Assembly (NCBI RefSeq): GCF_006345805.1 | Contig: NC_043021.1 | Coordinates: 15,314,001-15,378,000, forward strand | Source of the DNA: Octopus sinensis | Lineage: Eukaryota | Direction: 5' to 3' | DNA length: 64,000 nucleotides | Part shown: positions 26,620-38,736 of the stretch, in pieces | Layout: each line of letters begins with the position of its first letter | How positions within the stretch are numbered: position 1 is the stretch's first letter | Made by a program: the position numbers and the translations under genes | Notes under the pieces: model-generated | What the model was told of the DNA's origin: nothing | What the model saw: only the letters and a program-made list of their open reading frames with translations | Databases searched by the model: none

Positions 26620-27075
26620 ATTTCCTTCTCTCTCTTTCCCTCCTCTCTCTCTGCCCTTCTTTCTATCTATTTTCTGCACATATCTTGCTCTTTCTCTCTT
26701 ATTCTCCTCTCCCGTATCTTTCTGTTCTGTTTTTTTCCACCTGTGTGTTCCCTCTCCATCCTTCTCTTTCTCTTGTTCTCTCTCTCTCTCTCTCTCTCCC
26801 CCCTCTTTTTCTCCCTTATCTTACCTCTCTCTTTTTTTTCCCAACTGTCTATTCCCTCTCTGTCCTTCTCTCGCTCTTTCTCTCTCACTTTCTCCCCTCT
26901 CTCTTACTCTCCTCTATCTTACTCTTCTCTTTTTTTCCCAACTGTCTATTCCCTCTCTGTTCTTCTCTTGCTCTCTCACTCTCTCCCCTCTCTCTTACTC
27001 TTCTGTTTCTCCCAGCTGTCTATACTCTCTCTCCCTTCTCTCTCTCTCTCTTGCTCTCCATTCCCTCTCTCTACC
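26620..27075. repeat. CT-rich low-complexity tract with 2-3 higher-order ~100-bp units
   Basis: TTTTTTCCCAACTGTCTATTCCCTCTCTGT...CTCCCCTCTCTCTTACTC is repeated. Confidence 0.75.
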
Positions 27076-27722
27076 TGACATTAATTTAAAACTAAATTTA
27101 GAACAATTTTTTCTTCTCCTAATTTGAGTGTTGTCTGTGATTTGAATTTTAAAGCTTTCTGATGTCAAATGGAATTAAAGCATGACGTGTACGTATAGTT
27201 TTGACTGTGAAGTGCATCTACACTGCATCCAGAATGTGTGTAGAGAGGGTGCATAGTTTTGCACAGCAAATACAAGTGCATGTATACTACATCCAGCATG
27301 TGTATGAGGTGCATAGCTTTGTAGTTGTATGGTATGCAATGGCAAGCAAACAAGCACACATACAGCCAAATTTAGAAGCTGAATGACATGTATGCATTTG
27401 TGTGTAATTACACAAAAAAAAAACCCAAAAAAACTTTTGGCCTTTTTGAAGCATTAAAGTTAACTTGTTTTTGGAAATAAAAATTTGCTCCGATTTTTCA
27501 ATTATGTAATCTGGATGTATAGGATACAAAACATTTCATGATTAATAATAGAAATTTTGCACCAAAAGGAAAACAGGAATGATTTGGTTTCAATAAGAGA
27601 TTTAGTGTTGTGGCAGTTGTTTAACCCCAGGTCAGCTCAAAGGTGTTTCAGCCATGATCATATGGGTTCTTTTTCGGTATGTCTACTCCAGTGGTTCTCA
27701 ACCTTTTTGCCACCCACCTGAG

Positions 27723-27953
27723 GGTGGTGAGCTGGCAAGATCATTAGCACACTGGGCGAAATGTTTAGCAGTATTTCGTCTGCCATTACGTTCTGAGTTC
27801 AAATTCCGCTGAGGTTGACTTTGCCCTTTATCCTTTCGGGGTCGATAAATTAAGTACCAGTTACGTACTGAGGTCGATGTAATCGACTTAATCTGTTTGT
27901 CTGTCCTTGTTTGTCCCCTCTGTGTTTAGTCCCTTGTGGGTAGTAAAGAAATA
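27723..27953 (+). mobile_element. SINE family B, full length
   Basis: Family B head, domain and tail. Confidence 0.85.
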
Positions 27954-28071
27954 GATGGTGCTTTGGTAAAAACTTCCCTTTTTCAAGTTATCTAAGTTGA
28001 AATCTTCCTTCAGAATTTCATGTTGATTTATGTTGCAAACACTAGCTTAATAATGACAAAATTATTTGATT

Positions 28072-28352
28072 GAAACTCAGAACATAGTGGCAGATGAAAT
28101 ACCTATTTCTTTACTACCCACAAGGGGCTAAACACAGAGAGGACAAACAAGGACATACAAACGGATTAAGTCGATTATATTGACCCCAGTGCGTAACTGG
28201 TACTTATCTAATTGACCCCGAAAGGATGAAAGGCAAAGTCGACCTCGGCGGAATTTGAACTCACAACGTAATGCTCAAATTCTGCCGAGGTCGACTTTGC
28301 TTTTCATCCTTTGCAGATGAAATACCACTAAGCATTTCACCTGGTGTGCTAA
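28072..28352 (-). mobile_element. Rearranged or nested SINE family B copies with an internal inversion
   Basis: Minus copy 28104-28270, an inverted piece 28275-28311, and CAGATGAAATACC repeated at 28091 and 28314. Confidence 0.75.
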
Positions 28353-28768
28353 CAGTTCTGCCAGCTTTCTACCCTAACAAAAATATAATAATAGAAGGGT
28401 TAAAGTCCACTATTTTGTCTGGCTTTATTTGCCCCAAACAGTTGAATAAAGCACTAATGGAATGCAGTATACATCTGCCTGAAATGTCGAGTGGAATGTG
28501 CCCGTCTCCGTCCTTCAGATACTAAATTAGGACCTCGTTACCAATGTAACTGACTGTGGTATTTTCATTGGAACGTTGGAAGGCTTATTTCTGGCATTTT
28601 ATTTTCTCTCTTTTATTAACTGTATTATTAAAAAAACAATGTTTTAGCAGCTTTTTTTAGTTTCTATTTGTTCCAGAGGTTCACAAATTTATGAAAATAT
28701 TTTCAATACAATGTTGAAGTAAACCTGATGGTATTTGTACTGTGTCGCTCCTTTGCCCATATCATGTC

Positions 28769-28808
<40 letters not shown>

Positions 28809-29000
28809 TTTATTATTGCTATTGTTATTATTATTATTGTTATTTTTATTATTATTATTATTATTATTATTGTTTAAATAGTTATGGGTGTTTTGGTGCT
28901 ATGCCTAGAAATAGCTCAGCTCAAGAATGTATATATTGTTAGTTTTTGTGGAATTGGTTTTTTTTTTAAATAACTCTCAATAAGAATTTGTACAACTGTG

Positions 29001-29035
<35 letters not shown>

Positions 29036-32000
29036 ATGCAGTTGTAGAAATTCCTGTTGAGAGTTGTATGTATGTGTGTGCATATTTGTGTGCGTGTATG
29101 TATATAAGGTGGCCATTTGGCATACATAGTAGAGCAACTGTTAGAATATTTTGTAGTACTTTCTCCAGTTTTCTGCACTACAAGTTCAAATCTTGCCAAT
29201 ATCAACTTTGCCTTTCATTCCTCCATGGTCAGTTTTTACCAGTCAGGTACTGTGGTTGAAGGACTTGACTAAACCCCTCCTTCAAATTGCAGGCCTTCTA
29301 CCTTTATTAGAAACGAATATATTTCCCTGAGTTTATTCTTTCCAGAAAGACTACAAGGTGTGATTTAAAGGAATTTGATTGTTATTTCTAGCATTTTGAT
29401 CTCCTGTGCAGAGACTTTCTCTCCCCATCTTCATTACTATTATGCTATTACGCTTGAATTAATTTTTGAAGGGATTTAATTATTTCTAACATTTCGGTCT
29501 CCTGTGAAGAGGCTCACTTGCCCTGTTGGCTCTTATACCTTCATCTTTATTATGTTGTTATCATTTTGGCTGTTTATGTTTTGAGTTCAAATCCCACCAA
29601 TGTCAACTTTATCTTTCATCTTTTCAGAATCAATAAAATAAGGATCTGTCATGTACTGGGGGTCAATGTAATTGATTAGCTCCCTGCCTGCAAATTTTCA
29701 GGCCTTGTGTCTATAGTAGAAAGAATTAATTTTTGACAGAATTTGGTTGTTATTTTTAGCATCTCGATCTCCTGTGCAGACACTCTCTCTCTCTCTCTCT
29801 CTCATCGGCTTCTGCATTTTCATCATTATGTTGTTGCTTAAATTAATACATTTTTACCATTGTGTGAATCTTGTCATGATGTCTTTGGAATTTGTTTTCT
29901 TCACATTGTCTTTCTTTGAGACATGTTCTTGTCATACTGGCCTTTCCATAATTGCTTCGCGTTGTCAAGAATTGAAATATCTTTATCGGTTTCCATATCT
30001 TGTATTTCCTATTCTATCTGTTAGAAATAATGTCGAATGTAATTTTAAGTTGGAATTCCATTCACTGATATCTTCAAGAAAGGACTGGCTTTAAATATTA
30101 TAACTTCCATCTACTGCTTTTTAATAGTTTCATTTTTTACTTTAACTCATTCCTTCTTCTCTGATCTGTAAAATTGTTGTGTGACAGATTAAAGAAATTT
30201 CAAAACCTGCCCATGTAACACCCACCCACACAAATACAGGTGCCACGTAAACAGTACTCGGTCCACTTCGTAAAGTGGGTGGTGTTGAGAAGGGCATCCA
30301 GTTGTAGAAACCATACCAAAGCAGACAGTGGAACCTGGTGTGATTTCTGGCCTTTACCAGCTCCTATCAAACTGTTCAACCGTTGCCAGCATGGAAGATG
30401 GACATGAAGTTATGATGATTTTATATAGACATTGGAACTCAGAGGGGATGACAGGACCACGATTCCTGGTGGTTTTCTGTGCTTGAAAAGACACATCAAG
30501 CTAAGTAAAAGTGTGGTTGCCCTTGCATAGAGGCTTGTCCCCGGTCGCCCTCTCCAGCTGTACATCCCTAATCCTGCAGGTTCATAAGTGCTGGTGCCAC
30601 GTAAAAAGCACCTGTGCCAGTGCCTCGTACAAGCACCCAATACACCCTGTAAAGTGGTTGGTGTTAGGAAGGGCATCAAGCTGTAGAAATCATGCCAAAA
30701 CAGATGTGGAGTCTGAACAGCCCTTCAGTTGGTCAGCTCCTGTCAAACCGTCCAACCCATGCCAGCATGGAAAACATGTTAAATGATGATGATGTGGCTG
30801 TTTAGTAAGAACTTACTTCCCAATCACATGGTTCCAGGTTCAGTCCCACTGTGTGCTATCTTGGGCAAGTTTCTTCTATTATAGTCCCAGATTGACCAAA
30901 GCTTTGTGAGCGAATTTTGTAAAGGCAAACTGCATGGAAACCTGTCTTGTGTGTATATAGATGTATGTTTGTGTCTCTTTGTCTTAACATCACAGAGGCA
31001 TAAATGAATGTCACCATAATACAAGTGATGTCTTTCATTTTCTAATATGTGAGAATATGTTTGGCCTTGGGAGATATTACTTTAACTTGGAAACAGGTGA
31101 GGGTTGGCAGCAGGAAAGGCATTCAGCTGTAGAATATTGACCTCAATGAAATTCTGTCTGACCCATCCATGCAAGTGTGGAAAAAAGGAGGTTAAAATGA
31201 TGATGATGATAAACTGGCCCTCCATTGGTTATGATGGTGTGGCTTCCAGTTGATCCAATCAGCAGAACAGCCTGTTTGTGAAATCACTGTGCAAGTGGCT
31301 GAGTACTCCACAGGCATGCCTATCCTTAATGTGCTTCTCACAGAGGTTCAGCATTGCACAGAATGTGTCAAGGCTGGTCCTTTGAAAAATAGGTACAACT
31401 CATTTTTGGCAGCTGAGTTGAGTGGAGCAACATGAAATAAAGAGTCTTGCTCAAGGATACAGTGCACTGCTTGGAAATGAATACAACCTTATGATCTTGA
31501 GCCATGCATTTTCAGTAAAATGATGATAGGATATAACTATTGTATAACATCCATCCTTTTACTATTGGTAGGATATTTTTGAGATATTGACTGGCGGAAT
31601 CGGATCATCTTATATAATCACTCTGTAAATGGGAAACCTTGTTGTCAGCCCAGGAACTGAGGCAAATATAGATATGTGTCTTTGTTGAAAGACCAGAGTA
31701 TTTTTAAGTGTGAATTCTTGGCATGCAATCAGTCACCTCTAGCACCATTAGCATCAAAGTCACTGGGTTGTTAGTGTATTAATTATATCTATGACTAAAA
31801 CCTGTGACCTATGATTGAATTGTTATTTCTGCTAGCTTCTCTCTCTCTCTCTCTCTCTCTCTCCCTCCACACACACATGCGCGCACACACACACACGCAT
31901 ACACACAGGCATGCTGACACAAAGTCTTGCAACCTCATTCAAATAATAGAAGATTTATAGTTGTAAGTCCCTTGTACTGACTCCTTGCCTGTTTCACCTC

Positions 32001-32654
32001 TGACGACCTCAGAAAGCCCCATACTTAACTAAACCTAAAGTATAGCAATTACAACAATTAGTATATTTGGGACCCCATGCACACACACACACACAGAGTC
32101 ACCTAGTAAATTATATACAAAAATAGTGACTCATTTTCTGAAGTCACTGGCATAGATGTTTTCATCTCTCTCTCTGTACTTCTGTGCATTGTTACCTATA
32201 AATATTTGAACCTCTCTCCTCAACGGGTGATCTCTCTCTAACCACTGTTGTGGTTATGGAGGTGGTATTCATGCCATTGGAATTAGATTACCTCCTTCTT
32301 CCTGCCTTGAATTCTAATTGCAGCTGTCATTCCACAAGTGTCTCAATATTTTAAAAATAGCTCCTTCTCCTCCGTCAGGTGGACATAAAACTAGTTTTCT
32401 GTCAACAATAGATTCTGTACCACTAATTGACTCTCTCTTTCTCTCTCACTCACTCCTCAACCACCTCTCTCTTCAGTGAATCTCTTGCTATGAGATACAA
32501 ATTTATATCTGCCAACATCTGTACAATGATTGGTGATTGTACTACAAGCTTTTCTGTCTATATTTTATATATATATATATATATATGGGGAGAGAGAGAG
32601 AGAGAGAGTGAGTATCTGTTTTACATCATTTAAAATTTTTTTTTCTGCATTAGG

Positions 32655-33345
32655 TACAGGTGTGGCTGTGTGGTAAGATGGCAGCAGGCTGGCAGAAATG
32701 TTAGCACACTGGGCGAAATGCTTCGCGGTATTTTGTCTGCTGTTATGTTCTGAGTTCAAATTCTGCCGAGGTCGACTTTGCCTTTCATCCTTTCGGGGTC
32801 GATAAATGTTAGCACACTGGGTGAAATGCTTAGCGGTATTTCGTCTGCCGTTATGTTCTGAGTTCAAATTCTGCTGAGGTCAACTTTGCCTTTCATCCTT
32901 TCAGGGTCGATAAATTAAGTACCAGTTACACACTGGGGTCGATGTAGTCAACTTAATCCCTTTGTCTGTCCTTGTTTGTCCCCTCTATGTTTGTGGGCAA
33001 TAAAGAAATAAGAAGGTCGCTTCCCAACTACATGGTTCTGAGTTTAGTTCCACTGCATGACACCTTATTACTATAGCCTCTGGCAGACCAAAGCCTTGTG
33101 AGTGGATTTGGTAGACAGAAACTGAAAGAAGCCCATCATATATGTGTGTGTGTGTGTCATTGTTTGTTCCCCCACCACTGCTTGACAACTGGTGTTGGTG
33201 TGTTTACATCTCCATAACTTAGCAGTTTGGCAAAAGAGACCAATAGAATAAGTACCAGATTTTAAAAAAGAAGTACATTTGACTAAAACTTCAAGGCTGT
33301 GCCCCAGCATGACCACAGTCTAATGACTGAAACAAGTAAAAGGTA
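32655..33345 (+). mobile_element. SINE family A interrupted in its head by a family B SINE (32681-33012) with a duplicated 5' half
   Basis: GTGGTAAGA|B element|...AATAAGA then GCTTCCCAAC continues family A. The B head unit AAATGTTAGCACACTGGG...GGGTCGATAAA occurs twice. Confidence 0.8.
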
Positions 33346-34211
33346 AAAGCTTAAATGATGGTATGATGCACCAGGTTCCACCAAACCCAATTCTTGGAAA
33401 TGAAATCACTTGTTGTGAGTACCAATATTTTGGTATTGGTCTGTGTTGGTATTACTGTTGGTGGAATTGGTGTTACTGTTAACGGTATTGGTGATGTTGG
33501 TATTGGGAATATTGTTGGTGGTGTTAGTGTTGGTGCTAGGGGTGGTGTTAAAAGTGGCAGCTGGTACTACTGCTGTTGGCCACTGTTTGTGGTATTAGGG
33601 TTGGTGATGTTGGTGGTAGTGGTGTTGTGATATTGGGATTTTCTGGTTGTGGTGCTGATGGGGCTGGCGTTGGTGATAGTGGCATTGGGGTTGGTGGTGT
33701 TGGTACTGTGTTGTTGCTGTTGATATTGGTGATGGTGGTGCTGTTGGCAGTGGCGTTGACGTTCATTCATTAATAATTCAACACAAAATCATCCCCACCC
33801 CTACACCTTTAGTAATTTTTTAAATATTTTTATCATCATTTTACACAGTTTTAGCTCCTCGTGACAAAAGTCTAAATCCGTCCTTATCCATTGTCCATTG
33901 TAGCTGCGACAACTCATTAAACTTTAATCTCAAACAAATCCTAAGTCCTCAGTGTAGGGGGTTGTTGGATGTGGACATATCTTTAAACAAGAAACTGGTT
34001 CTTTTTTTCTTTGTGGTTCTACAAAGAGGAGTGATTTGATATTGGTGTTTCCTTATTGATTTCTTTCTTATCCTGGTCAAGTCTGCACTTGTTGGCAGCT
34101 CACTCAAGCAGACGCTATTTTCATAAAGACCATTTATTCTAACTATAATATTGTGTTGTTGATTAATTCAGTTTTTAATGTTCCACCAATTCTGTGAATG
34201 TTTCTTATAAT

Positions 34212-34258
<47 letters not shown>

Positions 34259-34430
34259 TTTTAAAGTAACAGCCAAGATTCTAATATAAACAATATTTAA
34301 TGAGTATGCGTTTGTAAACAACAAATTGAAATCTACAGACTCACTGATGGAGAATCAAATTGATGGGAAGATGATGCTATTTACACTGCATTGAGTTCAG
34401 AGTTCACACACACACACACACACACACACT

Positions 34431-34488
<58 letters not shown>

Positions 34489-34867
34489 CACACACACACA
34501 CACACTCTCTCTCTCTCTCTCATACACACACACACACACACACATTGAAACATACACATTTATACATGGACATGTGCAGGCATAGCTATGTGGTTAAGAA
34601 GTTTGCTTCCCAACCATGAGGTTTTGTGTTTAGTCCCACTATATTGAACCTTGGGTGGGTGTCTTCTACTAAAGCCCTGAGCTGAGCAGAGCCTTGTGAG
34701 TGGATCTGGTTGGTGGAAACTGAAAGAAGCCTGTGTGTGTTGGAGTGGTTGGCATTAGGATGAGCATCCAGCAGTAAAAACCATGCCAAATCTGATTGTG
34801 CTGCTGTCCAGCTTACCAATTTCAATCATACCATCTAACTCATGCCAACATGGAAAGCAGACACTAA

Positions 34868-35155
34868 ATGGCCCAGTGGTTAGGGCAGGGGACTTGCAGT
34901 TGTAGGATCGCGGTTTCGATTCCCAGACTGGGCGTTGTGAGTGTTTATTGAGCGAAAACACCTAAAGCTCCACGAAGCTTCGGCAGGGGGTGGTGGCGAG
35001 CCCTGGTGTACTCTTTCGCCGCAACTTTCTGTCACTCTTTCTTCTGTTTGCTTGCATTCTGTTTGTCATTTGAAGGCTAAAACAATGCGAAGCGCATTGT
35101 GATCAGCGATGTGTAGTGACATCTGATAGCCTGGTCGGTCACGGTGATCACGGGG
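34868..35155 (+). mobile_element. SINE with family C head and a different 3' tail
   Basis: First ~170 bp match 21612-21790; the tail TTGAAGGCTAAAACAATGCG...GGTCACGGTGATCACGG is unrelated to that copy. Confidence 0.75.
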
Positions 35156-37530
35156 ATATATATATTTGTATATATATATATATATATATATAGATATAGA
35201 TAAATGTATGTGTTTGTTTGTGACTCCATGTCTTGACATCACAGGGAAGTTGAAGATGAGTGTCACTGTCATTCATGCATGCAGAGTCCCTCGTTTCTAG
35301 TCTTCTGTTTAAAAGATGTCTGGCCATGGGAGGAATATTACATTTCCTGTGCGGGTTGACTGGAGGAAGGATATCACCCATGGAAAATCTGCCTCATGAA
35401 ATTCCACCTGACCCTTGCGAACCTGGAAAAACTAGGCATTTAAACAATGTTGATGATGATCATGGCACACACATACACATGGATGCACATACATAAAGGG
35501 CAGAATAAGACATGTCAAGGAATATTTTGCCTGACCTTCCCACAGTTCTGCCAATCCAGTGCCCTGGATTGCTACTTGGTAGTCTTTTTTTTTTTGATTG
35601 ACCCACCAAAAGGATGAAAGAAAAATTTTGTCTTGGTAGGATTTGAACTCACATCGTAGAGCATCAGAACAAATGCAGCAAGCATTTTCTATTCAATTCT
35701 CTAACAACTCTTGTCACCTTGTACAATGAATCAGCTTTATTGAGCTAATTAAATTAATTAATTAACGAAACTATTGATTTCTAACATAAGTACCTGTAGT
35801 CTTATTTATATGGGATTAGGAAGGGTGTATTACATTAATTTACAGTGAGGATGGTGTGGCGTGGATGGGTGCATGGGGTTTAGGATGTGACGTGGGGTGG
35901 TTTGGCCTGGTGATGACAAGTGTTCCAGTTGATTTGATCCCTGGAACAGCTTGCTTGTGAAATTAATGTGTGAGCGGTTGAGTACTCCACAGACATGTAT
36001 ACCCTTAACATAGTTCTCAGGGAGATTCAGCATGACACAGAATATGACAAGGCTGGCTCTTTGAATTACTGGTGCAACTCATTTTTGCCAGCTGAGTTGG
36101 CTGGAGCAACGTGAAATAAAGTGTCTTGCTCAAGGACACAACACAACACTGAGAATTGAACTCACAACCTCGCGATTGTGAGCCAAATACCCCTAACCAC
36201 TAAGCCATGTGCCTTCACATGGAATGGTTTAGAGTGGTGTATTGTGGTTTATTTTGTTGTGGTAGTGTTGGAGAACCGCAATAGGAATTACTTACGCGTA
36301 AACCCTTGGTCCAAACTGCTGCTGGTATTAACTGACAGAAACATTAGCACGCCGGGTGAAATGCGTAGCCGTATTTCGTCTGCTGTTACGTTCTGAGTTC
36401 AAATTCCGCCGAGTTCCACTTTGCCTTTCATCCTTTCGGGCTCGATTAAATAAGTACCAGTTGCGCATTGGGGTCAATATAATCGACTTAATCCGTTTGT
36501 CTGTCCTTTTTTGTCCCCTCTGTGTTTAGCCCCTTTTGGTTAGTAAAGAAATATGTATTAACTGTGTACATCATTGTGTGTGTGTGTGGTGGGGGGCAGC
36601 GAATGAAGACTCGTTATAATGAAAATGGAACTCATTATGAAGGTACAGTTTTGAATGAAGAGAGTCATGTTGAAGCATTTTACATTTTGAAATTGCGGGG
36701 GGGGGGAACCCCTCCAAAAAAAAAACAAAAAGACAAACAAAACGTTTGCCTGCTTCCAATGGGAGAAGATCAAGGTAAACCAGGTATAATGGTGGTGGTG
36801 ATGGTGATGGTGGTGGCGGTGGTGGTACAACTCGGCACATGAAAGTGGCTGTGGATATTGAGATAACACTTTAACAAGTCTCTAAGTGATGTCTGCTGCA
36901 GAAAACAGATGATTGCGATCATATGGGAATAATAATAATAATAGTAGTAGTAGTAGTAGTGGTAGCAGCAACAGTACTACTACTACACCAATAGAACAGT
37001 TAAATGGTTTCTGATTGGTGTGTCTGTCAGTCATGGTAAGAACAATGAAGAGAAAACAAAGAGGTTTATAGTTATATCTAACTTTCATTCTCTCTCCTTC
37101 TTCATCCTCCTTCTTCCTCATTCGTCTTCATCTTTTCTTTCTCTTCTATTGTTCTTCTCTCTTCTTCAATTCTCTTTCGCTATGCCATGCTAGGAATCTC
37201 TGTTCTCTTATTGGCCTCGAAAGCTCCTCGGTGCAATGTTCTGTGCTGTCTCAACCAATAACAACAAAGTAGTCATTTGTAATTAAAAAAACATCTATCC
37301 TTGTCATAGTGAGCTGAACACTCCCTTAACCCAGCAGTTCTCAACAAAGACATACACACAAATAACATATAGAGTGTAGCTGTGTGGTAATCAGTTTTCT
37401 TCCAAACCACATGTTTCCAGGTTCAGTCCTACTGTGTGGCACTTTGGGCAAGTGTCTTTTACTACAGCCTCAGGTCAACCAAGGTCTAGAGTGGATTTGG
37501 TAGACAGAAACTGAAAGAAGCCCATCATAA

Positions 37531-37566
<36 letters not shown>

Positions 37567-38011
37567 TCCTTCACCAATACTTGACAACTATGATTGGTAT
37601 TTTTATGCCTCTAGAACTTAGCGGGTCAGCAAAAGAGATCAATGTTGGTTATTTCTCAAAATTCCATGAGACATATTCAAGCTTGACTGTGTGGTTAAGA
37701 AGTTTACTATGCAGCCACATGGTGGCAGGTTCAATTCCATTGTGTGGAACCATGGGTGTCTCCTGCTACAGCTCCAAGCCTACCAAATCTTTTTGTGTGA
37801 ATTTGGTAAATGGAAGCCTGTCACGTGTGTGTGCGTGTGTATTAGAATATGTTCATTTGGCAGAAAGTTACAGAAATGATTTGAAGACTGAGAGCTTTGT
37901 GAAGTGTTATGCACAAAACTCTTGGCCCTTGAGTCACTTTAGTAACTTTATGTTGATCACAATTGATAAAGGCATGCATATATGTGTGTGTGAGTGTGTG
38001 GGTATATATAC

Positions 38012-38043
<32 letters not shown>

Positions 38044-38072
38044 TTGTATATGTAAGCGTATTTATGTGTGTA

Positions 38073-38109
<37 letters not shown>

Positions 38110-38519
38110 TCTCTCTTTACTATTTTACTTGTTTCAGTCATTTGACTGCGGCCATGCTGGAGCACCGCCTTTAGTCGAGCAAATCGACCCCGGACTTATT
38201 CTTTGTAAGCCCAGTACTTATTCTATCGGTCTCTTTTGCCGAACCGCTAAGTGACGGGGACGTAAATATACCAGCCAGCATCGGTTGTCAAGCAATGTTA
38301 GGGGGACAAACACAGACACACAAACACATACACACACATACATATATATATATATACGACAGGCTTCTTTCAGTTTCCGTCTACCAAATCCACTCACAAG
38401 GCATTGGTCGGCCCGGGGCTATAGCAGAAGACACTTGCCCAAGATGCCACGCAGTGGGACTGAACCCGGAACCATGTGGTTGGTTAGCAAGCTACTTACC
38501 ACACAGCCACTCCTGCGCC
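38110..38519 (-). mobile_element. Full-length young SINE family A
   Basis: Near-identical to 15497-15896. Confidence 0.9.
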
Positions 38520-38536
38520 TATATATATATATAAAT

Positions 38537-38736
38537 AAAGGGAAAGTTTATGAAAATAAACAAAAGACGAAGGCAGGTGGTGTACAAACAAACAAATGTA
38601 TTAGTATAGTGCTCAGGAATAGAAAAAGTCTTTTACGTTTCGAGCCTCCGCTCTTCTACAGAAAGATACACAGAAAAAAACAAGGAGAGAAACAAGGAGA
38701 GACAAAAAAATGTGTATAGTAGCTAACGATCTATCA
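38537..38736 (-). mobile_element. ~200-bp hammerhead-bearing element, family E2
   Basis: Homologous to 40451-40634 and 54782-54958 (plus); abuts (TA)n at its 3' end. Confidence 0.7.
38629..38666 (-). ncRNA. Minimal type I hammerhead-like motif with variant core CUGUAGA
   Basis: UCUUU-CUGUAGA-A-GAGC(GGAG)GCUC-GAAA-CGUA/AAAGA; perfect 5-bp helix I and 4-bp helix II. Confidence 0.6.
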
